Source: Pseudomonadota bacterium
GTDB lineage: Bacteria > Pseudomonadota > Gammaproteobacteria > Burkholderiales > Burkholderiaceae
NCBI GenBank assembly: GCA_041158405.1
Contig: JBEBBK010000001.1
Coordinates: 5,240 to 69,239 of the forward strand
Reading direction: 5' to 3'
Length of the DNA: 64,000 nucleotides
Shown here one piece after another: positions 32,226 through 41,837 of this stretch. Both the position numbers and the translations under genes were made by a program. How positions within the stretch are numbered: position 1 is the first letter of the stretch; each line of letters begins with the position of its first letter. The notes beneath the pieces are model-generated. The model was not told where the DNA came from. It made no database searches and saw only the letters and a program-made list of their open reading frames with translations.

Positions 32226-33416
32226 ATGAAAAAATCGCTATTAGCAGTTGCAGCAATGACAGCATTTGCTGGCGCAGCTCAAGCTCAGTCATCAGTGACC
32301 ATCTACGGTGTTATCGATACCGCAATTGGTGAAGGTACTGACAAGGTCAACTTTCAGGGAACCACTACTACTGTTAAACAACGTACTACAGGCGCTGGCA
32401 AAGACGGCTTGGCATCTTCACGACTCGGTATTCGCGGTACGGAAGATTTAGGCGGCGGCTCTTCTGCTAGTTTTGTATGGGAGCAAGGTTTGGTTTCCAT
32501 CGGTGTCGGCGGTGCAGGTGGTGCTCAAGCAACCCGTACAGCAGCTGATACTGACGTTGGCACACAGACTACTGGCGCCTTTTTGGACGCTAGACAAGTC
32601 TATGCTGGTGTGGCAAACAAACAGTTCGGTGAATTGCGTTTAGGTCGCCAAGCAACAGGTATACACAATACTATTGCAGGTAATTCAGCTGGCTATGCCA
32701 ACAACGTCGCTGGCGCTTTATACAGCGCACAAGGAAGCGTTGCTAACAGTTCTTCTTCACGCCCACATGATGTATACGTAAACCGCATGGTTAACTACAT
32801 CACACCAACCATGAATGGCTTGCAAGCTGAAGTTCAAGTGGCAAGTCAAAGTGCCAACTCAGAAACTACAGCTTCTACACCAAATACCAGCACCACTTAC
32901 TATGGCGCACGTGTTGGCTTTAAGGGCGTAAAGGACCTGAACGTTGACCTTGGTTACTCTGCAGTTGGTTTGAATCAAGCAGCAGCCAGTGGCGATATCA
33001 CGAAAATCGTTATGGGTTTAGGCGCCAACTACAACTTTGGTATTGCTCAAGCATTTGGTTTATACACAAAAGCAAATCAAAAATTGGCATCTGGTGTTGA
33101 GTTGAACAGTCAAACAGCATGGGAATTGGGTGTTCGCGCACCTGTTACCAAAACAATCGAGATGTTTGGTAGCGTCTTAGGCGGTAGTTCCACTGGTACT
33201 GGCGCTGTGGCTGGAACCACGTTGGCTTTCAGTTCAACAACAGTATCAGGCAACGTTGATATCAGCGGTTTCCAGTTGGGCGCAAAGTACAACATGAGCA
33301 AGCGTACCAGCCTCTATGCTGTTGGTGGTACCCAGGCACGTAAGGGTACTGGCGTGAACTCAGTATCAAAGAACGAAACAACCCAAGTTGCATTGGGCTT
33401 GAATCACACTTTCTAA
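32226..33416 (+). CDS. outer-membrane porin (betaproteobacterial trimeric type)
   Basis: MKKSLLAVA signal, SSVTIYG, SRLGIRGTEDLGGG, YNMSKRTSLY, C-terminal GLNHTF. Confidence 0.93.
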   Translation: MKKSLLAVAAMTAFAGAAQAQSSVTIYGVIDTAIGEGTDKVNFQGTTTTVKQRTTGAGKDGLASSRLGIRGTEDLGGGSSASFVWEQGLVSIGVGGAGGAQATRTAADTDVGTQTTGAFLDARQVYAGVANKQFGELRLGRQATGIHNTIAGNSAGYANNVAGALYSAQGSVANSSSSRPHDVYVNRMVNYITPTMNGLQAEVQVASQSANSETTASTPNTSTTYYGARVGFKGVKDLNVDLGYSAVGLNQAAASGDITKIVMGLGANYNFGIAQAFGLYTKANQKLASGVELNSQTAWELGVRAPVTKTIEMFGSVLGGSSTGTGAVAGTTLAFSSTTVSGNVDISGFQLGAKYNMSKRTSLYAVGGTQARKGTGVNSVSKNETTQVALGLNHTF

Positions 33417-33462
33417 TCTGACGCTAATGTAAATTAGCTACGAATTAGTTTGGCATTAAATC

Positions 33463-33492
33463 AACCCACTGTGGCAACACAGTGGGTTTTTT
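33463..33492 (+). terminator. rho-independent terminator of the porin gene
   Basis: AACCCACTGTG-GCAA-CACAGTGGGTT followed by a T tract. Confidence 0.9.
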
Positions 33493-33537
33493 ATTTGCTG
33501 GATTTTAAATTTACTATATTTAGTTCACTTTGTTCCG

Positions 33538-33735
33538 CTAGTCAGCAACCTCATTTTTACAAATAAAACGGCGTCGCCTGCAACGCTTCATCGCCGTTTA
33601 TCTAAACTGCTTAAAGCAGATTTGATTCGGCATGGCAGCGGCATCGATGGGCGTAAAAAGTATTTAGAGCTTACGCCAAAATCCCGAGACTACTTCTCCA
33701 AAGTGGGCGAATGTGTAAGGGACACCACACGCTAA
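33538..33735 (+). pseudogene. 5'-truncated winged-helix gene, paralogue of 53906..54265
   Basis: Frame reads LVSNLIFTNKTASPATLHRRLSKLLKADLIRHGSGIDGRKKYLELTPKSRDYFSKVGECVRDTTR*; no in-frame ATG/GTG/TTG between the stop at 33457-33459 and this segment. Confidence 0.75.
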
Positions 33736-33787
33736 GCCCATCATGAACTGTGGTTTAGATCAGGCACATGGGGGGGCGAATTTAGCT

Positions 33788-34957
33788 TTAATTCTTCATC
33801 TTCGATTTAGGTCGCTTTCCGACTTGCACCTTCAGAGTCATTGGTTTGCCTTTGCGCAGTAGATTGATCTTGGCCTCATCGCCTGGGCTTGTCTGCGCAA
33901 TGCGGTTTAACAGGGTGACCAAATCATTTACTGCTTGGCCATTGACTTGGGTAAGCACATCACCGGGCTTCATGCCAGCCTTTTCTGCAGGTCCACCTTC
34001 TAGTACTCCATAGATGAGTACGCCATTAGTATCTTTGGGAAGGTTCAGTGATTCTGCGAGTTCCTTGCTAAGGTTTTGGGGCTCGACGCCAATCCAACCT
34101 CGCGTTACATAGCCACTCGTCAAAATGGATTCCATCACCTGTTTGGCTGTGTTGATGGGGATAGCAAAGCCAATGCCCATATTGCCGCCGCTGCGGGAGT
34201 AGATGGCGGTATTGATGCCGATTAAGTTGCCTTTGTTGTCAACTAAGGCGCCGCCGGAGTTCCCTGGATTAATGGCCGCATCGGTCTGAATGAAGTTCTC
34301 AAAGGTATTGATGCCGAGTTGATTGCGGCCGAGGGCTGAAACAATCCCCGAGGTTACCGTTTGTCCCACGCCAAAGGGGTTACCAATGGCTAGAACAACA
34401 TCGCCCACATGCACCGATTCCATCTTACCCAAGGTAATGGCGCTGGGCAGGTCGGTCGCATCGATCTTGAGGACTGCAATATCCGTTTCGGGGTCGCTGC
34501 CGATCAGTTTGGCGTTGCGTTTACGGCCGTCTACAAAAGCCACCTCAATCTCGTCCGCCCCTTCAATCACATGGTGATTGGTCAAAATAATGCCTTGGGG
34601 ACTGACGATAACCCCAGACCCGAGGCTAGAGCTAGGCTCTTCGTTTGGGGCTTGGTCACCAAAAAAGAACTGAAACCAGGGTTCATTCTGATGGGGAGCC
34701 CCTTTTTTGCTTGGTTTTTTCTTAATGATCTTGCTGGTAAAGATATTGACAACCGCTGGGCTAGAAATTCTTGCTGCCTCGGCCAAGGAGCCTGGATTCT
34801 GGCTGATGCTTTCAGGGGCCTCTCGCAGGGTCACTTGACCCATCAAGGAGCTCACTTGGGGGCTGGAAATCCACCCCGGTTGGAGGGTGGTTACCACGAA
34901 CCACGCCGCCAGCAGGATGGTGATGGCTTGGCAAAAGAGGAGCCAAAGGCGGTTCAT
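33788..34957 (-). CDS. HtrA/DegQ-type serine protease with one PDZ domain
   Basis: TNHHV, DIAV, GNSGG catalytic triad; C-terminal PDZ. Confidence 0.93.
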   Translation of the reverse strand: MNRLWLLFCQAITILLAAWFVVTTLQPGWISSPQVSSLMGQVTLREAPESISQNPGSLAEAARISSPAVVNIFTSKIIKKKPSKKGAPHQNEPWFQFFFGDQAPNEEPSSSLGSGVIVSPQGIILTNHHVIEGADEIEVAFVDGRKRNAKLIGSDPETDIAVLKIDATDLPSAITLGKMESVHVGDVVLAIGNPFGVGQTVTSGIVSALGRNQLGINTFENFIQTDAAINPGNSGGALVDNKGNLIGINTAIYSRSGGNMGIGFAIPINTAKQVMESILTSGYVTRGWIGVEPQNLSKELAESLNLPKDTNGVLIYGVLEGGPAEKAGMKPGDVLTQVNGQAVNDLVTLLNRIAQTSPGDEAKINLLRKGKPMTLKVQVGKRPKSKMKN

Positions 34958-35003
34958 TATTTATATAAGTACTTAATTTATAATATTAATTTAGATAAAT
35001 GCA

Positions 35004-35443
35004 TTAAGATAAGTCACCTTTTTTATTCTGCAGGCTGTCACGGATTTCACGCAAAAGAATGATGTCTTCCGGCGTGACTGCTGGGGACGGCGCCTCGGCA
35101 GAGCGGATGCGATTGACCACTTTGACCATTTGGAAGATAACAAAGGCCAGCAAAATGAAGTTAATCGCGATCGTAATGAAATTGCCATAGGCAAAAATCG
35201 GGATACCGGCTTTTTAAGGGCGTCAAAGGTGCGGGGAATGCCATCCGGTACGTTGCCCAGGACAATAAAAAGGTTGGTGAAATCGATTTTTCCACCCAAT
35301 AAGGAGGAAATCACCGGCATCACAATGTCATTCACGAGGGAGTCGACAATCTTCCCAAAAGCCCCGCCAATAATGATGCCGACGGCCAAGTCAACGACAT
35401 TGCCTTTGACGGCAAATTCCCGAAATTCCTTTAAAACCGCCAT
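35004..35443 (-). pseudogene. mscL: large-conductance mechanosensitive channel, 1-nt frameshift at A5 tract (35211-35215)
   Basis: [17 protein letters not shown] in one frame; [26 protein letters not shown]...LLREIRDSL in the shifted frame. Confidence 0.85.
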
Positions 35444-35581
35444 AAATCCAATCCTTTGAGATGAGTCCTTGGTGAATGCCGCTCTATTGAGCACGCAACT
35501 CTGATGCTAAACCACTTTTTACTTTAAAATCGCTGCATTAAGTAATTTCTACCTATCTTGTTTCTTTTGAAAGCCTTGTAA

Positions 35582-36184
35582 ATGAGTGATAAGCCCAGCA
35601 TAGATCCGGATCGCCGCAAATGGCTGATCGCCACCACTGCGGTTGGGGGTGTTGGCGGTGCTGCAGCCCTCTATCCGTTTGTTAATAGTTTTGAACCATC
35701 CGAGCGTGCCAAAGCAGCCGGCGCAGCCGTAGAAGTCGATATTTCAGGGATGAAGCCCGATGAAATGATTACGGTTGAGTGGCGCGGCAAACCTGTTTGG
35801 GTAATTCGTCGCACACCCGAGCAAGTAAATGATCTTGCGAAACTGGATGGCGAATTGGCTGACCCTAAATCCTTACGTGATCCTGCGGTGTATACGCCCA
35901 AGTATGCGCAAAACGGCTATCGCTCCATCAAGCCTGAATACTTAGTGGTCGTTGGTATTTGCACCCACCTCGGTTGCTCCCCATCGCCCAAAATTCAGGC
36001 AGGCCCACAGCCTTCCCTTCCTAATGATTGGCCAGGTGGTTTCTTCTGCCCATGCCATGGCTCGACCTTTGATTTAGCCGGTCGTGTTTACAAAAACAAA
36101 CCCGCACCAGATAACTTGGAAGTACCGCCACACATGTATTTGAGCGATACCAAGATTCTGATTGGCGACGATAAGAAAGCCTAA
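35582..36184 (+). CDS. petA: Rieske Fe-S subunit of cytochrome bc1
   Basis: RRKWL Tat signal, CTHLGC, CPCHGS. Confidence 0.97.
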   Translation: MSDKPSIDPDRRKWLIATTAVGGVGGAAALYPFVNSFEPSERAKAAGAAVEVDISGMKPDEMITVEWRGKPVWVIRRTPEQVNDLAKLDGELADPKSLRDPAVYTPKYAQNGYRSIKPEYLVVVGICTHLGCSPSPKIQAGPQPSLPNDWPGGFFCPCHGSTFDLAGRVYKNKPAPDNLEVPPHMYLSDTKILIGDDKKA

Positions 36185-36195
36185 GGAGAAATACG

Positions 36196-37596
36196 ATGGC
36201 GTTTAATGAAATTAAAACCGCTGAAAATGCACCAGTCCAAGAAAAAGTATTAGCTTGGGTTGATTCACGTTTTCCCTTGAGCTCAACAATCAAGGCGCAC
36301 CTTACGGAATATTACGCACCCAAAAATTTAAACTTCTGGTATTTTTTTGGTGCATTTTCGATTGTCGTTTTAGCCTTGCAAATCATCACGGGCATTTTCT
36401 TGACGATGAACTACAAGCCCGATGCGGCCAAAGCGTTTGAGTCGGTTGAGTACATCATGCGCGAAGTGCCGTTTGGTTGGTTGATTCGTTACTTGCATTC
36501 CACCGGCGCGTCGATGTTCTTCGCAGTGGTCTACCTGCACATGTTCCGCGGCTTGATCTACGGCTCCTATCAAAAGCCACGCGAGCTCGTTTGGATTTTT
36601 GGCTGTGCGATTTTCTTGTGCTTGATGGGTGAGGCATTCTTCGGTTACCTTCTGCCTTGGGGTCAAATGTCCTATTGGGGCGCGCAGGTAATCGTCAACT
36701 TGTTCTCGGCGATTCCGCTGATTGGCCCAGATCTGTCATTGTGGCTACGTGGTGACTACGTTGTTGGCGATGCGACTCTGAATCGTTTCTTTGCCTTCCA
36801 CGTCATTGCATTGCCTTTGGTCTTGGTTGGTTTGGTAGCAGCCCACATCATTGCCTTGCATGAAGTTGGCTCAAATAATCCAGACGGTGTAGATATCAAA
36901 GCCAACTTGGACAGTAAAGGCATACCCGTTGACGGTATTCCATTCCACCCCTATTACTCAGTGCATGATGTGATGGGTTTGGGCATATTCTTGTTTATCT
37001 TCGCTGCGATCGTATTTTTTGCGCCGGAGATGGGCGGTTATTTCTTAGAAGCTAACAACTTCATTCCAGCCGATCCACTGCAGACGCCATTGCACATTGC
37101 ACCAGTTTGGTATTTCACGCCTTTCTATTCGATGTTGCGTGCGACCACAACCGACTTTTTGATCCCGTTGTGGATCTTCTTCGCAATTGTTCTCGGTCTT
37201 GCAATTAAGAATGCCAAAGACATTCGCCTCAAAGGCGGCTACTTTGCAATATTGCTTGCATTGGCAGCCGGCTTTTACTTCCTTGATGCGAAGTTTTGGG
37301 GTGTGGTCATCATGGGCGGTACGGTTGTGATTCTGTTTTTCTTGCCATGGCTCGATAAGTCACCCGTACGCTCAATTCGCATGCGCCCAGCATTTCATAA
37401 ATACATCTACGGCAGCTTTGTAGTGAGCTTCATCATCCTGGGTTACTTGGGAATTAAGCCGCCATCACCGCTGTTCGATAAGATGTCGCAGATTTGCACC
37501 ATTTACTATTTGGCATTCTTCTTCTTGATGCCGTATTGGAGCAAATTGGGCGAGTTTAAGGCGGTGCCCGACCGTGTTGTTTTTCATGCGCATTAA
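36196..37596 (+). CDS. petB: cytochrome b
   Basis: YLLPWGQMSYWG, PVWY, heme His residues. Confidence 0.97.
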   Translation: MAFNEIKTAENAPVQEKVLAWVDSRFPLSSTIKAHLTEYYAPKNLNFWYFFGAFSIVVLALQIITGIFLTMNYKPDAAKAFESVEYIMREVPFGWLIRYLHSTGASMFFAVVYLHMFRGLIYGSYQKPRELVWIFGCAIFLCLMGEAFFGYLLPWGQMSYWGAQVIVNLFSAIPLIGPDLSLWLRGDYVVGDATLNRFFAFHVIALPLVLVGLVAAHIIALHEVGSNNPDGVDIKANLDSKGIPVDGIPFHPYYSVHDVMGLGIFLFIFAAIVFFAPEMGGYFLEANNFIPADPLQTPLHIAPVWYFTPFYSMLRATTTDFLIPLWIFFAIVLGLAIKNAKDIRLKGGYFAILLALAAGFYFLDAKFWGVVIMGGTVVILFFLPWLDKSPVRSIRMRPAFHKYIYGSFVVSFIILGYLGIKPPSPLFDKMSQICTIYYLAFFFLMPYWSKLGEFKAVPDRVVFHAH

Positions 37597-37637
37597 GCAC
37601 TTTTACAGACCAGATTAAAGAAAAATTAGGAATCAGT

Positions 37638-38414
37638 ATGAAACACACTCTGAACACTGTAAAAGCGAGCATGCGTGCGCTGGCAGTGACTGCCACACTT
37701 GGACTGCTTGCTACCGCCGCACACGCGGCTGGGAGTGACTATCCACTCGACAAGGCGCCGGATCGCGTTAATAGCAATGCCGCCTTGCAAAACGGCGCAA
37801 AAATATTTGTCAATAATTGTGCCGGTTGCCACTCTGCAGTTAGCGTGCGCTATTCCTCCTTGCGCGATATTGGCTTGACTGATCAGCAAATTAAAGACAA
37901 TTTGATTCTGAATGGCGCTAAGGTGGGTGATGTTATGACAGTAGCAATGTCACCTAAAGACGCGAAGGCCTGGTTTGGTAAAGTGCCACCTGATCTATCA
38001 GTTGAAGCACGGGCACGCGGTACTGATTGGCTTTACACCTACTTTCGTACCTACTATCAGGACGACTCCACGCCAACCGGCTGGAATAACTTGGTGTATC
38101 CAAACGTAGGTATGCCGCACGTGTTGTGGCAAATGCAGGGTATTCGTACAGCGAATTTTGAAGAGCGTAAAGATCCAAAGGATCCAACGCGCATGCAAAA
38201 GGTATTTGTCGGTTTCGAGCAAGTTACCCCGGGCTCGATGAAGCCACAAGAATTCGATGACAACATGGCTGACCTAGTTTCATTCATGTCTTGGATGGCC
38301 GAGCCAATGCAGTTGGAGCGGAAGCGCATTGGTGTGATTGTGCTTTTGTTCTTAGCAATCTTTACTTTTGTTGCATGGCGCTTAAATAAGGCCTATTGGA
38401 AAGACGTGAAGTAA
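37638..38414 (+). CDS. petC: cytochrome c1
   Basis: CAGCH heme motif, PPDLS, C-terminal TM. Confidence 0.96.
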   Translation: MKHTLNTVKASMRALAVTATLGLLATAAHAAGSDYPLDKAPDRVNSNAALQNGAKIFVNNCAGCHSAVSVRYSSLRDIGLTDQQIKDNLILNGAKVGDVMTVAMSPKDAKAWFGKVPPDLSVEARARGTDWLYTYFRTYYQDDSTPTGWNNLVYPNVGMPHVLWQMQGIRTANFEERKDPKDPTRMQKVFVGFEQVTPGSMKPQEFDDNMADLVSFMSWMAEPMQLERKRIGVIVLLFLAIFTFVAWRLNKAYWKDVK

Positions 38415-38462
38415 GCATTTTGCAGTTGCACTAAGGAAGTATATTTTTAAGGATCTTTGCAT

Positions 38463-39074
38463 ATGATGGTGTTGTACTCGGGCACAAACTGCCCATTCTC
38501 GCAACGCTGCCGCCTGGTGCTTTTTGAAAAAGGCATGGATTTTGAAATTCGCGATGTTGACTTGTTCAACAAGCCGGAAGACATCTCCGTGATGAACCCC
38601 TATGGCCAGGTTCCTATCCTCGTTGAGCGAGATCTGATTCTGTACGAATCCAACATCATCAATGAATACATTGATGAGCGCTTCCCGCATCCACAACTCA
38701 TGCCGCCTGATCCAGTAGCGCGCGCACGTGCACGGCTCTTCCTCTTTAATTTTGAGAAAGAACTCTTTGTGCACGTTGCTGCGCTCGAGAATGAAAAAGG
38801 CAAGGCCGCAGAAAAGACCCACGAAAAGGCTCGCTTAGCGATTCGTGATCGTTTAACGCAACTGGCCCCGATCTTTGTTAAAAACAAGTATATGCTCGGC
38901 GATGAATTTTCAATGTTAGATGTTGCGATTGCTCCCTTGTTGTGGCGCCTTGAGCACTATGGCATTGATCTGTCGCGTAATGCAGCGCCCTTGCTGAAGT
39001 ACGCTGAGCGGATTTTTAGTCGGCCTGCTTACATCGAAGCACTGACCCCTTCTGAGAAGGTGATGCGCCGCTAA
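38463..39074 (+). CDS. sspA: stringent starvation protein A
   Basis: GST fold (NPYGQVP, YESNIINEYIDERFPHP); follows petC. Confidence 0.94.
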   Translation: MMVLYSGTNCPFSQRCRLVLFEKGMDFEIRDVDLFNKPEDISVMNPYGQVPILVERDLILYESNIINEYIDERFPHPQLMPPDPVARARARLFLFNFEKELFVHVAALENEKGKAAEKTHEKARLAIRDRLTQLAPIFVKNKYMLGDEFSMLDVAIAPLLWRLEHYGIDLSRNAAPLLKYAERIFSRPAYIEALTPSEKVMRR

Positions 39075-39106
39075 TTGCGGGGCGTCAAGGGTCTGCAATC
39101 ATTACC

Positions 39107-39523
39107 ATGGCTGCCGACGGCATTTCAATTCCGAGTACCAAGTCGTACTTAATCCGCGCACTGCATGAGTGGTGCTCTGATAACGGCTTTACGCCCTTTA
39201 TTGCCGTGTTTGTCGATGGCAGGGTCGAAGTGCCAATGGAGTTTGTAAAGAACGATGAGATTGTGCTGAACCTCTCCTCCGAGGCTTGCCATCAACTTGA
39301 TATAGGCAATGAGTGGGTGAGTTTTCAGGCGCGCTTTGGCGGTGTACCAAAGCGTGTGATGGTACCAGTGACCCATGTTCTGGCGATTTACGCCAGAGAA
39401 AATGGCCAAGGCATGTCTTTTCCATTTGATGGTGCCAAAACTCCGGATTCCAGCAATGCAAGCGAGGGTGGCGGCGATGCGCCCAAAAAGGCACCAAGAC
39501 CTACCTTGACGATTGTGAAGTAA
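39107..39523 (+). CDS. sspB: ClpXP adaptor SspB
   Basis: YLIRALHEWCSDNGFTP, IYARENGQGM, C-terminal RPTLTIVK. Confidence 0.95.
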   Translation: MAADGISIPSTKSYLIRALHEWCSDNGFTPFIAVFVDGRVEVPMEFVKNDEIVLNLSSEACHQLDIGNEWVSFQARFGGVPKRVMVPVTHVLAIYARENGQGMSFPFDGAKTPDSSNASEGGGDAPKKAPRPTLTIVK

Positions 39524-39550
39524 GCTAAAATTCAAGCGTTGTAAAAAATT

Positions 39551-39626
39551 GCCCCATTAGCTCATCTGGTAGAGCAACTGATTTGTAATCAGTAGGTGGT
39601 CTGTTCGAGTCGGACATGGGGCACCA
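39551..39626 (+). tRNA. tRNA-Thr (UGU)
   Basis: GCCCCAT acceptor stem, anticodon arm ACTGA-TTTGTAA-TCAGT, TTCGAGT T-loop, encoded CCA, 76 nt. Confidence 0.96.
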
Positions 39627-39634
39627 TCAACAGA

Positions 39635-40984
39635 CTATTTCCGTAAATTGACATCCCGCGTTTCTGGCAAATAAAATACTGCCACGATCGCTGCCGTTGC
39701 CAAGAACACCGTCGGATACCAAAGCCCGGCTAAGTTATTTCCCATTGCTTTATTCAGCCAGGTGACGATGAAGGGCAGCATGCCGCCAATCCATCCTGCA
39801 GCCAAGTTATGCGGCAGTGTCGCTGCACTATTGCGGGTGCGTGCAGGAAAGAGTTCAGCCAGCAAAGCGATTTGAGGCCCCACAACCAGCGCCAGCGGAA
39901 TCGAGAGGCAAATGAGGGTAAAGCCTGCGAGTAGCACATTCAATTGCGCTGCCGTTGCCAGGTATTGCAGAAATTGAAAGGCGGGCAATATCGCGAGAGC
40001 GCCAATAATTAATCCGCTAATCACAACCGGTCTTCTGCCAATTCGATCCGAAATCGCCCCAGCCAATATCGTGAGCGGCAGTAGCGCGAGTGTTGCGCTA
40101 ATGCTTAAAGCATCTACTGTCTTTGGCGCAATGCCGAGTGCCGTTTTGAGAAAGATAGCGGTATAGACTTGCATGCAAAAGAATAGAACTGCGCCGCCGG
40201 CTGAAATGCAGAAGAACAATAAGAACATCCGCTTACGGGTCTCATGATCGCGAAAGTTATCCATCAGGGGCGAACTAGATCGCTTATTGTCTTTTTGCAT
40301 CTCGGTAAAGACGGGCGTTTCTTCGAGCGCTATGCGTGCTTTAAAGGCAATAGCAAGCAGCACAATCGAAACCCAAAAAGGTACGCGCCAGCCCCATTCC
40401 TGAAATTGCTCGGGCGTTAAGAAGAATTGCAATAAGGCAATTTGCAAAGTGGAGGCTAAGATGCCGAGCGGCCCCATGGTCGATAGAAAGCTGGTTTTAA
40501 ACCCCCGATTGGAATCGCCGGCGTGCTCGGTTAAAAAGACGGCACTGCCACCAATCTCGCCACCAGCAGATAGGCCCTGCAATAAACGCAGAATCACCAG
40601 CATGACGGGTGCAGCAATTCCAATTTGCGCGTAGGTTGGTAAAAAACCCACGGCCAGGGTGGCAAAGCCCATCAGGGCAATCGTAATCATGAAGACTGGC
40701 CTACGCCCAATCCGATCCCCCAGTGAGCCGAAGTAGGCCGCCCCAAGCGGCCGCACCACCATCCCAACACCAAAGGTAGCGAGGCTAAACAAAAGGCTGG
40801 CCGCAGGATCGCTGTTGGGGAAGAAGAGGGGTCCAAAGGTGACCGCCAAAGTGGCAAAGGTAAGAAAATCATACCACTCTAAAAAAGTACCAAAACAGGC
40901 TGCAGAGGCGACTTTTCGATAGGATTTAGCCTCTTTTTTACGATCTAATGCACTGATTTCATTCAATTTAGACTCTTTTTCCAT
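39635..40984 (-). CDS. MFS transporter (metabolite:H+ symporter family)
   Basis: EWYDF, GDRIGRR, RLLQGLSAGGE, WGWRVPF. Confidence 0.92.
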   Translation of the reverse strand: MEKESKLNEISALDRKKEAKSYRKVASAACFGTFLEWYDFLTFATLAVTFGPLFFPNSDPAASLLFSLATFGVGMVVRPLGAAYFGSLGDRIGRRPVFMITIALMGFATLAVGFLPTYAQIGIAAPVMLVILRLLQGLSAGGEIGGSAVFLTEHAGDSNRGFKTSFLSTMGPLGILASTLQIALLQFFLTPEQFQEWGWRVPFWVSIVLLAIAFKARIALEETPVFTEMQKDNKRSSSPLMDNFRDHETRKRMFLLFFCISAGGAVLFFCMQVYTAIFLKTALGIAPKTVDALSISATLALLPLTILAGAISDRIGRRPVVISGLIIGALAILPAFQFLQYLATAAQLNVLLAGFTLICLSIPLALVVGPQIALLAELFPARTRNSAATLPHNLAAGWIGGMLPFIVTWLNKAMGNNLAGLWYPTVFLATAAIVAVFYLPETRDVNLRK

Positions 40985-40988
40985 TATT

Positions 40989-41060
40989 TTGTTGCTTTGC
41001 AACAAATACACTTGATTTGTTGCGCTGCATCAGTTACATTTATATGGTGCGGTGCAATAT
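40989..41060. promoter_or_regulatory. three TGC-N3-GCA boxes, putative PhaR operators
   Basis: TTGTTGCTTTGCAACAA (40989), TTGTTGCGCTGCATCAG (41017), ATGGTGCGGTGCAATAT (41044), upstream of the phasin gene. Confidence 0.7.
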
Positions 41061-41139
41061 CAAACAGATAATGCCCCTCAAAATTAGGCTTCACCTTAAA
41101 CCCTATTTTGTAATCTTACTTATCGAAACGGAGCAATAC

Positions 41140-41724
41140 ATGAACCAAGACCAAATCAACGCTAAATTGTCGCAAATCAGCAGCAAAGGCTTAGAAAGCT
41201 CATTCGCACTCAGCGAAGCTGCTTTAGAGAATGCACAAAAATTAGCAGAACTGAACTACGCTGCATCCAAAGATGCATTAGTGAACGTACAAGATAGCAT
41301 TACTAAAGTACTGAGCGCAAAAGATCCAAAGCAAGTTACCGATCTGATCAGTGCCGACATGTTGCAAGACGCTGGTACGCAAGCAGCTGCATACCAAAAG
41401 AAAGTAACTAAAGTATTGCGTGACAGCAATAAAGAATTGAACAACGTAGTTGAGTCCAGCATTGACCAATTCCAAAAGGGCATGCAAGAGTGGATCAACA
41501 CATTCTCTGCAAACGCACCTGCTGGTTCAGACGCATTTGTATCTGCAATGAAAACCGGTTACGGCAGTGCCTTGCAGGGCTTTGAGCAATTCCGCGCAGT
41601 AAGCAAAGAAGCATTGGCAACTGCTGAGAAAAACGCTGAGCAAGCATTTGAAGCATTTCAGGGTCAAGTAGCTCAAGTTAAAAAAGCAGCGACACCAGCA
41701 ACACGTAGCCGCAAAGCTGCTTAA
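41140..41724 (+). CDS. phaP: phasin (PHA granule protein)
   Basis: KLAELN, LSAKDPKQ, NAPAGSDAFV, Ala/Lys-rich tail; GGAG RBS. Confidence 0.85.
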   Translation: MNQDQINAKLSQISSKGLESSFALSEAALENAQKLAELNYAASKDALVNVQDSITKVLSAKDPKQVTDLISADMLQDAGTQAAAYQKKVTKVLRDSNKELNNVVESSIDQFQKGMQEWINTFSANAPAGSDAFVSAMKTGYGSALQGFEQFRAVSKEALATAEKNAEQAFEAFQGQVAQVKKAATPATRSRKAA

Positions 41725-41769
41725 TTCAGTAGGCTGAATTAAGTACAGTCACTTAGTACTCAAGTAAGC

Positions 41770-41807
41770 AAAAATCCCACTGCAGCGATGCGGTGGGATT
41801 TTTTTTT
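41770..41807. terminator. bidirectional rho-independent terminator (phaP/rmuC)
   Basis: AAAAATCCCACTGCA-GCGA-TGCGGTGGGATTTTTTTTT. Confidence 0.9.
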
Positions 41808-41837
41808 GCTTCACAAAATCAACTGCATAAAGAAGAT

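Noticed and set aside
34991-35494. 167-aa ORF as a novel MscL variant with a new C-terminus
   Set aside because: The tail is out-of-frame readthrough; the true MscL C-terminus is in the adjacent frame
39551-39640. tRNA-Thr as an integration site for a genomic island
   Set aside because: No integrase and no duplicated tRNA 3' end noticed downstream; flanking genes look like core genes
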